64,000 bases of DNA from Setoptus koraiensis. Taxonomy: Eukaryota; Animalia; Arthropoda. Positions 24,782 through 35,946 of the stretch are shown one piece after another. A program made the position numbers and the translations under genes. The DNA is taken from assembly GCA_048013815.1 (NCBI GenBank), contig CM106586.1, positions 4,898,001 to 4,962,000 on the forward strand, in the 5' to 3' direction. The notes under the pieces were generated by a model. It did not search any database, was not told where the DNA came from, and saw only the letters and a program-made list of their open reading frames with translations. How positions within the stretch are numbered: the stretch's first letter is position 1; every line of letters starts with the position of its first letter.

Positions 24782-25543
24782 ATAAATTAGATATGAATAA
24801 ATTATTTTATTTATTGATTAGTGAATTATCGATCATTATCATACGTGATGTGTCCATATAATCTTGTATCGTGATGTGTCTTTTAGTGTTAGCATTCTGG
24901 CTGGCATGAAGGTTATCAGAGTGCACACAAAAGATGTCTGGCTGATTACAGAATCGGTGTCAATAACAATAAGAGAGTGTCTGGCAAAAATTTCCTGGCA
25001 GTGCTGCAGCAGCGAGCGTGTTTGGTGCAAGTGGACAACAGGGCGACATGTTGCCAAAAAGTATGTTTGATAGGCCCGGACCGGAGTTGTCTTGACAATT
25101 TTTTTGCTGCTGTCTGGCTGCTGTGTCTGTTACGTTATCGGCGTCTCACGTTCTCTGTCTCTATCGCGTTCTCTGTCCCTGTCGCGTTCTCTGCCTGTCC
25201 GGCCTCGCAGCCGGACAGGACAGAGGCTCCGGCAGGCTCCGCAGTTGCTTTGTGGCGACAAAATGCCCTATAACAAAGATGTGTCGTGTGGCATAGGCTG
25301 GCTGTTTTCTTGTCGCTGGTTCAGAGGTGCACAGATTTGGGAGTACACAGACTTGAACGTGTTACACAGATTGAGCGTGTCGCGTTGGCTCGTCTTGACG
25401 TGTCTACTTACTCTGGCGGTGCGATGAGGCGCTCGAGTTCAAGCCATATTCGAGTTGCAGTGTTCGAGTTACTGCCGGACGACAGGTGAGCACGGAGCGT
25501 GCGGTTGCTGGTCACTGTTGCGTGATGATGATGGAGTAGCCTT

Positions 25544-25606
25544 CCACTTTGGTAACCTAGCTTTATGATACTCAATTAATCACTCATACAGCTAGATAAC
25601 CAAAGA
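25544..25606 (-). ncRNA. mir-9: pre-mir-9 hairpin (miR-9-5p at 25606-25584; miR-9-3p/miR-79-type arm at ~25566-25544)
   Basis: Plus-strand tcatacagctagataaccaaaga is the exact reverse complement of mature miR-9-5p, UCUUUGGUUAUCUAGCUGUAUGA. The partner arm reads AUAAAGCUAGGUUACCAAAGUGG (miR-9-3p/miR-79 seed), separated by a short loop, so both arms form the expected hairpin. Confidence 0.96.
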
Positions 25607-28440
25607 AAATAACTTACCCTCTCTAGTAGCACTGTTGTGGCACTGCATTGTCGATGGTGATTGGGCCGGCCCGTGGGCCGGCCGCGCACTTTGTCTCACT
25701 GGCACTTGTTGTGGCTGATTGTTTGGCGATTACTTGTGTGTTACTAAACAATTTGTTTTGCTGTTTGCTGTGGCTGGCATCTCGCGTCACTTGTGCATCT
25801 CGCTATTTGTGCGTCTAGCTATTTGTGCAGCTCGTTACTTGTGTAATTAATAAACGTAATTAGCTAATGAGAATCGATTGAATTGCAACAAGTGTGACTG
25901 ATAACTAGCATGCTTGTCGCGGAACGAGCTCAACAGTTGGCCACAAGTGCTGTTGTTGTGTGTGCGATACAGCCACACAGACTGATGATCGAACCACCGA
26001 ATTAACCACCGCCGATTCGGTCAGCGGACGGCCAGTGCGCATGCTCGCCCACTGGCTGGATTCGTTGTTTGTTTGTGCGTGTGTGTGTGTGTGTGTCGCT
26101 GTTGAGCAACACTCCATACTGCATACTCTGTACAGCGGAGTCGATGCTCCGGGGTCCACACTGCGGACTCCGCACCACAGACACCACAGACACTACACAC
26201 TCTACAGACTCCACGGCCAAAGCCACGGAGAGAGTAGATTCAATTAGCTGCTCCAATGCTAAAACATGGCCCCACCGGTCACTGGCTGAGCCGTGCCCTG
26301 GCCAACACCGCGCCGAGCTGGCCGGCACAACTGCCGGCCGCTGGCCAGCGCCAAAGCCAGTTGAATGGGCTGCAGTCGGCCGGTCACACTGGCTGGCTGG
26401 CTGGTCGGCGAGTGTCAACACGCAGTTTGGGCGCGCTCGCTCATTGTTTACAATTGTTGTCTCGATAATAATATCACACGCTGCACCATGGCTGTTCTGT
26501 TGGCATAACTAATCTATCTATAAATGGCACGACTGATTGCTGTTGCTGTTGTTGCTGCTGTTGTTGCTGCTGTTGCTGTTGTTGGCGCCTCGAGAATTTC
26601 GCCATTGGTAAACTACTGGCATACTAAAAATAAATTGATGATGACGGTGAAAATTGCACGCTGCAAGATGCACTCCATTGAGTGGTTGTGTGTGTGTGTG
26701 TGTGCCACCGTGTGTTGCATTGTGTGGCCGCGCGCACACACCACAACTCACCACAACGCCTGGCAAGCCAGCCGCGCAACTGTGCCGCTCGCGTAGCGCA
26801 ACCCATGCGCACCTATGCTCGGCTAGTTGCATTCAGTTGCAGTCAGTGTGTTAGTTGGCGTTGGTTAGACGCGCTTGGCGAGACGCGCGCTGCTGGTTGG
26901 AGCAGTGCTCGTCCGTGCGCACTGCTCACTGAGCACTGCTCACTGAGCACTGCTCCGGCCGGCAGCGCGCAGTGCGCCCACCCGGCCCGGCTCGCAATAT
27001 CGTATATATACATATAAACGTATATGTATATGTAATGGCTCACCGCGGCTCAGAGGCGCGCATGTTGTGGCATTTATGCGGTGAGAGGCGGCGTTGGCGC
27101 ACTTGTTGCACTTGCTGCACTTGTGGCATTGCGCACAGATTGTGTGGGCGGCCGGGTGACCAAGTTGAACGAGTGTGGCAACAGCGAGCGCCAGCAACAA
27201 GTCGCCCGGCCGACGACGACGACGAGCAACTGATACACCAGTCGCCAGCTTTATTACGCCATTATCGATGCATATTGTTGCAGCTAGCGAGCGAAGATCT
27301 CGCAGCGAGTGCGCGACTGTTGCTGTTGTTGTTGTTGCTGTCGTTGTTGTTGTTGCTGTTGTTGTTGTGTGCGGTGTTACATGTTTTGTCCATGGAAAGT
27401 TTTCTACTTGCAGGCTCGCTGTTGCTGTTGCTGTTGTTTGTGTTTATATATAAACTTAATTGAAATTGAATAAATTGAATGAGCCCACTGCTACTCATTG
27501 CGCTTCATCAAGATAACACGCTACAGTATGTGTTTATCGTTACTGTTTTAATGCAGCTAGCAACACTCGCTGGTCGCATTTAGCGAGCTAGTTGTACTCT
27601 CTCTCTAGGCAGCGCCAGTGAGCCAGTGAAGTATGAGTTGCCGCGGCTGCGCCTGTCGCTGTTGCTGTTGCTGTAAGCCCATGGCTCATAATGACTGGTA
27701 ATAATAATAGTAATAATGGCGATAATGCTACTATCGGATCTCGTCATCTGGCTCGTCGCTGGCTCGTCGCTGGCGCGGCTCGTCGTTGGCTCGGCTCGTC
27801 GTTTGCGGCGCTGATCAAGCTCATTTCTAGATTGTTTATATCGATTGTGTGAGTGTATGCTCACGTGTGATAAAACAACCACCGATACACTAATGCACCA
27901 CACACAATATGCTGCCGATACAACAGCCACGACCATGATAAATGACTAACTAGCTGGCATCTTCTCGCTCGGGATGGCGCAGGCTGGCTCAGGCTGGCTC
28001 TGCTGGCTCGTCGACGACGACGACGCACACCGACGGCGACGACGACGAAAAGCGAAACGGCACGCTCTCTTAGCAGGCAAATCGTCGGCCGAACCGACTC
28101 ACAATTTTCCACATAAAATTGCGAAAGAGTCTCGACAAGCACATATCAACACTGTTGTGACTGACTCATTCAGGCAGCCGAACGCGGCCGAGCGTGTGCA
28201 TCACCAACGCGTTGCGCAATCATAACAGCGCCTTTGCGTTGGTGCAAGTCGAGCGTCGATTCGGGGGCCAGTTGCACAGGGTTTGCATTACGCCATTTAC
28301 AGTATGCTGCGAGTGCGTACCTGCCGGGCGGGCCGGCAACCATCGGCCAGCAACCATTGGCCGGCAACCGCTGGCTAGAAACCATCGGTGGCCACCTAGT
28401 GGCCATCGTCAGCCGAGCCACTGTCCTCGGTATGCGCTCG

Positions 28441-28560
28441 GCTGTGCGGTGCACCGTGGTTCGGTATGGTGCAGTCGTATGCAGAGTGGCTCGATAGTGT
28501 GCAGTGTGGTTCGATAGTGTGAAGTGTGGTTAAATATGGTGCAGTGCGGTGCAGGGTGGT
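28441..28560. repeat. Degenerate 10-bp-period tandem array (consensus ~GCAGTGTGGT), 12 units
   Basis: Consecutive decamers: gctgtgcggt gcaccgtggt tcggtatggt gcagtcgtat gcagagtggc tcgatagtgt gcagtgtggt tcgatagtgt gaagtgtggt taaatatggt gcagtgcggt gcagggtggt. Confidence 0.75.
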
Positions 28561-29545
28561 GCGATGGGAATTAGGGCATCGCAGCAGTCATGCGCGATCA
28601 CACAAATGAGTGGAAGTCTGCTCGTTTGTGGATAGATCGCCATAGTTCACCAAATGTTGACCCGCTGCTGCCGTTCGCCGACTTTTGGCACAGCATTGGG
28701 CGCCAAACGCGCGCATTGTGCTTCGTCGGCGAGTGGGCACCACAACAGCAACCTGTTCAACAGGTCCTGTTGTGTGCGTCAAGTTGCCGCTGCTGCACCA
28801 AAATAAACAAACAACGCGATGATGCAACAGGCTGCTTATGCATTCAGGCAAACAAATCCGATTCGGCGCAATCGGACGCCCGATGTTTGAATGAACGTCT
28901 GAGAATCGGCTCGGCAGCGCCAGTTCGCCGGGCTCTGTTGTGAACACTTGCGGAGGCAGACGGTGCAGCGGCGGCAACAAGTGCCAAACAAAAATGGTGC
29001 CCACTAACAAACAAACAGGCGCACAGACAGGCAGACAAACAAACAGGCGGGCAGACAGACAGACGGACAAACAGACTGTTTGTTACAGACAAACGGACGG
29101 ACGGACAAAGTGACAGACGGTGCGGGGGGGGGGCGAGAGTGCGCGCGCGAAAAGTAGCTTGCCAGCGGCTTCGATTGGCGCCAGTTGGTGCGCTGGCGAG
29201 CACAAAAGCGCGCCCACCGAAGCACCTGTCGCTGTTGTGTTATTTGGCATTATGTTGCTGTATGTTGCATCATGTTGCGTTGTGTTGCGTTGTATTAACA
29301 AGTTGCATTAACAAGTTGCGTAATGAGTGATTAGCCCGATGAGTTTGGCATGGGATGAGCCAGACAACAGGTTGCTGTTTTAGCAGGCTGTTTCGACACG
29401 ACGACGCGAGCGCCACTCGATTTGATTAGCTGGCTGCCGGCGCGTCGGGCTGGCCAATCGAATTGAATCAGCTGGCCATTGTTTGTTGGCGCGCGTTTGT
29501 TTGCATCGCCTCTCCATTCATGCTGATATCGGTGATATCGCTGGT

Positions 29546-29712
29546 GTCGGTGATGTGTGCGTCGGCAATGTGTGTGTCGGTGATGTGTGCGTCGGCGATG
29601 TGTGTGTCGGTGATGTGTGCGTCGGTAATGTGCGTCTCGGTGATGTGCGTCTCGGTGGTGTGCGTTTCGGTAATGTGTGTGTCGGCAATGTGTGCGTGTC
29701 GGTAATGTGTGT
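29546..29712. repeat. 15-bp minisatellite (GTCGGYRATGTGYGY), ~11 copies
   Basis: Read directly. It produces the repetitive VSVMCASAMC / HRHTHRRRTH pseudo-ORFs in the track. Confidence 0.92.
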
Positions 29713-32700
29713 GTGTCGATGTTGTGAGCTATCTCTGTCAAGCCGCCGGTGAGTGGGCCAGCGTAATCGCAATTGAATCATCGATCGATGTTGCCACTTG
29801 GCTGTCGCCATGAGTTTGTCGGATAAGAACTCAATTTTGTTGGTGAGATTTGCGCGTCCGATAGACGCATATTTTCTATGTCTTTGGGCGTATATGTCGT
29901 AGCGGAAACTCGCGGCGAGCGGACAGTTTGCGGGTGTCCGCGCCGACGATGGCGACAAGCGGCGCGCCGGAGCCACTAGGAAGCCAGCCGCATGTTACAT
30001 CGTATAACGTGGCGAGACTGGTCGTTAGATGGGACGGCGAGATTGCGCTGCTGACCGCTGTCACCGTCGCACTATCACCGTTGATATCACCATTACGAGA
30101 CCGGCCACTAGCCTCTGGCCACTGCTAGCCGGACTCTGCTCGCGGGACTCTGCTCGCGGGACTCCGTTTGCCGGACTCTAGTTGCGACAGGCCACGGCAT
30201 TCCTGCGCGTCGTTGTGCGCCCTCGTCCCACGCTGCCAGTTGATGGCCTGCCGTTGATAGCGTTGGCGCAATCGGCCCATTGTGGACATTGCGCAATGCC
30301 CGGCCGGAGCCGAGTGGCCGCTAGTGGCAGCGCCAAACTGTCATCCGTTGTCCAGTGCCCGACGGACAGTGCCCTGTGAGTGCCTTGTGAGTGCCAGTGT
30401 GAGCAGTTGGGCCGGCGCTCGTTAGCCTCACGACGTCGCTACATAAATTAGTGTGCTGCAAAGTTAATTGATTAATTCGCTTGCAACTTTTCTTCCTGCT
30501 GCCGCTCGCACGGACGCTGGCCCGACCGGCCGGCCGCTGCCGGTGCTGCCAGCAGCGACAACGAACCCGCTGATGGCCGGCACACAAACTAACGCAAACT
30601 AATGGCCAATTGGCGCATTTGGCCAACTGCATGCCTGCCACTTGTTGCTTGTTTGCTGTTGCTGCCGCCGCTGCTGCTGCACCGACCTGCACCGACCTGC
30701 ACCAACCTGTTAGTTTGGCGACCACAAAGAGAGTTGCCCGTCGCCCGGCGGCCGCGCGGCCGCCGGGCCCTCGTGAATATACGCGGGCCGTTTCACCTTG
30801 AAAGGCGCTCGTGTTGGCCGACGCTCGCAGACGCTCCCCGACAGTGCCGCGGTCCGCAAGCCGCGTCCGGCCGGCGCGCCCCCACCCCGGCCGGCGGCGA
30901 CCGACAGGCAAAATGTGGAGACGCATTTCATGGAGTGTGCACATTTGGCCGCAGCGGGCCGATGCCGCAACCGAGTTTTAGCCAACGTTTGGCGTTTGTG
31001 CACTTGTTGGCACCAGCAACGGCCACGGTGTGCACTTGTCGCTGGCAACAAGTGCTCAGCTAACGACCCGCCGGGCTTATCGGCTCTCTCGATCTGCTGG
31101 CTTGTCTGTAGCCAACGACGGGCGCACTTGCTTCGCAATTAATAAATAAAACTTTGCTAGAATGGCCACGGCCGCGCCGATTGGCCATTCTAGCAAAGTG
31201 GCCGCGGCCTGCCAAAACTGCACTTCGGGCAGCTTTATTGAGCATTGGCAGTGTTATATAACCATAATCTCTCCTCTCATAAGTTGTCCGCGTCTGGCTC
31301 GCATTATCTGCCAGTGTCCGCCAGTATCTGCCGGTATCTGCGAGTGGCCGCCGATATCTGCCAGCATGAGCGAGTATCAGCCAGCGCCGGCCAGCGTCGG
31401 CCGGCGACGGCCGGTATCTGGCGCTCGTCGCAAGCGCAATAACACATATATATATATTTATTGTGCCTAAGCGCTCGTTACTCGCTGTCGCAAGTTATGC
31501 AATTGGCAGCCATTTTAGCATTTTAGACTGTAAAATTTAGAGGGCATAATTGATGTGTGAGCCAGTCTAAATGGCGGCGCAAAGCCGGCGCAAAGTTGTC
31601 GTCTTGTCGACATGGGCATTATACAAACATGACAGAGCAAACAGTTGATTTGTCGGGCGCGCACACTCGCATGGGCACAAAATCTCAATCTTATACCAAT
31701 CTTGTCTCTTATTAATTTAGCGATACTTTCTTCGTTTGCCAGCACAAGCTCACATTAGCACACATAATAAACACATATATCATTCTGCCCGCCTGTTGGC
31801 CCGTCCGTCGCATGCTCACCTGTTGGCTCGCTCACCTGTCGTCTGTGTGACTGTGGAGCCATCACTGGAGCGCCAACACCGCGCAGCCAACACTGCAGGG
31901 CCGACAGGTGAGCGAGCCGGCCAACAGCCGACGGGTGACACTGACGCGCCAGTCGTTGTGCAAGTGGCTCCATTTATCTGCCTGCCTGTGTGTCTACAAG
32001 ATGCACACCGGCTCGGGCGCGCATGGCCGCTTTGTTCGGCGAAGCTCACCTGAGCACCGTCGGGCCACGGTCGCACTGCCCCTCGCATCGCTAATGATGA
32101 AATTATTTCGCCGCCGGTCGCGGCAAGCCGACCCGCACCGCGCCCCCTGTCCGCTGCCCGGTGCGGGCGGCTTTGGGCCATCGGGCGGACACTGAGCGGC
32201 GCTCTCTGGCCACTCCAGTGTGGTAGTGCCGCACCGGTAAAGTAGGTCCGGTAGAGTGTGTGCTGGACGCCGGCACACACCCGAACGGTGCCCCGCTCGG
32301 GCACTCGCCGGTGCAAAGGTCATTGGTGGGAGGGGCCGCACAGTAGTGGCCGTTATGGCAGTGAATATATTGTATCGATATATTGTATGTGAGCGCGCTC
32401 ACTTATCATTGATAACTTATCATCGGCATCATTAGTGCGGCGCTGCTGCCTGCATCATGCGCGCCGCCGCTGCACCGCGATGCGCAATAGAGCAGCCATA
32501 CACTCTATGCCTTAGAGTCTAAGGCATAGAGTTGCACCATTAGAGATGATGCAACTCTATTGATGCTGCTCACCGGCGGCTCGGTGCAGCATAAATGGCT
32601 GCAACTTGCAGCCTGCAAGCCCGGCCGCGGTGCCAAGTCCAATAAAAGCTCGACGGCGAGCGAGAGATGCACATATAGCAAGAGATATATATGTAGAGAG

Positions 32701-34130
32701 AGATATGAGAGATAATGAGCGAGTGGAATTCATTTGGCGATTTGCAGCGATCGTTTTGGCATGAGCGCCGTTTTGGCATCAGCGCCGCGTTGCCATCAGC
32801 GCCGTTTTGCCATCAGGCAGCCTGAATTGAATTTGAAAAGTCGGTCCGGTGGCCGCTGGTCAGTCGGGCCACTTCGGCCAGCAGTCGGCCGTCGACGCCG
32901 GCAGAGCTCGTGAATATTAAGTGAGATATTTATAGACGCAAACATGTAACCGTACAAACAGTGTTTCAAGCAGCGCTTGTGTGTGGCGCTGCTGCTGCTG
33001 CCGCTGCCAGGGGATAATAGCTGGATATAACAGACATAAATAACAGACAAGTGACCAGTTGAGAGCTCAGCTCTCACAGGTAACAGCGCCAGTCGTGACG
33101 CCACGAAGGCCGCCATTTCAATTAGCTGCATGTGGCTGCTCACCTGTCCGTTTGTGTCCGTTTGTCTGTGCTCGGCCAGGGCAACCTGTTGCTCGTTTAG
33201 CTCGTTGTTAAGCTGCTGTCGGCTGTTGGCTGTCGGTTGTCGATTGCGAGCGGCCGACACACACAAGCTCGGGCCAGTGCAAACAACATAGTTGCTTGCG
33301 TAATGATACACACAGTGCCACAAACAAACAAATGCCAACAGCTTGCTCCAAATCATTGCTTTTGGCGGTCGCAAGCGCCATTAGCGAGTAGCAGCATGCG
33401 AGGCGCCACCAGCAAATATCCGCAAATCGCTCTCGCCCGTTCGGTGGCCGCTCGTCTAGCCGGCCCGATCGAGCGCCACTGGACGCCGCTTGATACCGCC
33501 GGCCACATTGGCTATTCCCGCCGATCACCTGATCGCTCGCACTGCCGCGGACCGTTCCAAACCATGGCTACCACGGCGAGCCACGGCGACTATCGCGAAC
33601 CATGGCGAACCATTTGGAAGCGGCTCGAGCGAGCGTCGCACCGACAAACGCACGCCGGCCAGAGCAAGTGGCCGGCCGGCCGGCCGGCCGCATCATTGAT
33701 CATCTGCTGGACGGCCATTCATTAGGCCGATAATGAAATTATGAGCGCACATTAATAACTGGCCATTATTGCATAAAGTTCTCTCATTATGCACAAAATG
33801 GCAATTTACACAATTGAGCTGTTGGTGCGCTCGGCGAGTTCTCGCCGAGAGTTCGCCGACGACAGCGACAACAGCAACAACGACGACAGCGACAGCGACA
33901 GCAGCAACAACGACAACAGCGGCAGCGACAACAACCGACTCGGTGGGCATGCCCGCCAGGCTCACGAGCCGTCGCAGGCGCGCCTCGAATCAATCTCTGA
34001 CAATCGGACTGCCGGATCGGTCTCGACGCGTCACTGTTTTATTTATCTGTTGGGTCACGGCGACATCGGCCGGTGTCACCGACAAGACGGGTTATCTCGC
34101 CAGTATCTCCCGCATGCTGCACACTGGACG

Positions 34131-34190
34131 CTGTGTGGTGCTGGACTGTGTGGTGCTGGACTGTGTGGTGCTGAACTGTGTGGTGCAGAG
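34131..34190. repeat. 15-bp tandem repeat (CTGTGTGGTGCTGGA) x4
   Basis: Read directly. Confidence 0.92.
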
Positions 34191-35795
34191 CGGGCGGTGC
34201 AGAGCGGGTGGTGCAGAGCGAGCAGATGCATCGGCGGATCGTTATGGCCGGTTTCGGCTAGTCAGTCGGCTGTCGGCCGGCCTGCACCGGGTTGTGGCGG
34301 CCAGAGGCAAGCTGCTGCTGGCGGGCAACGTGCGCTCGAGCACGGCCGAGAATTGTGAGATTGAATTGAATTAAATTAGCACAAATCAACACAAGCTAGC
34401 CACACACCATGCCGTCGCGAATCATCTATCACTGGCGCTTGCATCAATTCACCTGTCGGCTGCAGCGCGGCCAAACGTCGGCCGGGACATCGAGGCGAAG
34501 GTGCACTTGCATCCAACAAATTGCCGATGGTGCAATGGCGAACGAGACGGAGGCGAGCCGGAGTGGCGATATTAGATTAGCCGCGAGAGAGCCGAAATAA
34601 GATCATTGGCACCGGCCATATCTGATCGACGGCGAGCATCAACAAGTGTCTCCATGGCAACAGACGGCATGCTGCTGCTGCTGCAAATAGACATGGCCGG
34701 TAATAGATCATGACAATTCTTATCATATGCTGGCCGCATGATGATGATAAAGTAGTAAAAATAAAAATTTGTTCGAACTTAATTAACGACGAGCCTAGTC
34801 GAGCCGGAGTTGATTATGTTGCTGCTTGCGTTATAATCGCCGCCATTGATTATGGCGCAGGCAGCCCGAGAGCGATTCGCCAGTGCGATTCGCCATTTCG
34901 ATCAGCCAGCCAGCCAGCCAGCAAATCTCTGCCAAATCAAATGGCACTTGCCAGCGCCCGATACCGGCGCAGATTATGTTCGCCGTGGCTGGCGGAGCGT
35001 TTGCATGGCATATGTGCGAATCGGATCGCAGCGGATCGGGTCAAGTCGGTCCGGATCGGATATGCGGCGCGCATGTGGCTGACACGGCGGATCGGCTGTA
35101 ATCAATACCCCGGACCCGAGCCAACCGAGCCAACTGAGCCAACCGCGCCAACTCGACCGACGGCCGGCCGCGGCACGAGCGCCGGCCCAGAGGAAATGGC
35201 CGGTGGCGCGGCCAGCGCCGGCCGGACAGAGTCGCCGAGAGGAATGACGCTCAATTAATCAGGCGCGCTCACTCGCCCATGGACACGTCTCGGGCCGCAT
35301 GTTCGGCCGGTCGTTGGGCCGATTCGCGGCGCTTCGCACGCCGCTCCGAACGGCTCCAAATCATTTGGACCAAGCGGCTCCGAATGGCTCCGAAATTTGC
35401 AGTCCAAGCGGCTCTGAGCGGTGCGCATGGTCGCCGGCAAGGCGAGTCTCTCATGTGAGTCAATCTGGCCGCTTGGCCGATTGAATCACATTTTCCAGCC
35501 GACGGCCGATGCAACACAGATCTGGCCAATAATTGCGATAACAGTCGCGCCGGGCGAAGCTCGTCGGCTGCCACCAGTTGATTGTGCCACTATGTTGTAT
35601 TATGTTGTGTAATGTTGTGTTTTGTTGCGTTGTGTTGCGCTGTGTTGTGTCAGCCACGCCGGCGCGATGCTCTTGTCCTTACGTAATGCACACACAAACG
35701 TATCGGGGTCATTGCCAGCGGCCAAATTGAGTGGTCACACTGTGGCCGCGCGCAACTGCCCTCGAGACACATCTGGTGGCGGCCCCCGAAACTAC

Positions 35796-35946
35796 ATTTT
35801 TCGCATTTTTTCAGATCTTTTCACTTTTTCAGACTATTTCAGATTTTTCAGACTTTTCGGACTTTTTCGGACTTTTTCGAACTTTTTTCAGACTCTTCAG
35901 ACTTTTTCGGATCTTTTCAGACCTTTTCAGATTCTTTTCCGATCTT
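35796..35946. repeat. Degenerate 9-10 bp pyrimidine-rich minisatellite (CAGACTTTTT / CGGACTTTTT)
   Basis: More than ten degenerate copies of ttttcaga/ttttcgga are read directly. Confidence 0.85.

Noticed and set aside
24800-25050. Cys-rich minus-strand frame with an in-frame TGA (selenocysteine idea)
   Set aside because: No SECIS recognised, no selenoprotein motif and no convincing exon structure.
29546-29712. Tandem repeats considered as a CRISPR-like array
   Set aside because: Contiguous short units without unique spacers, in eukaryotic DNA with no cas genes.
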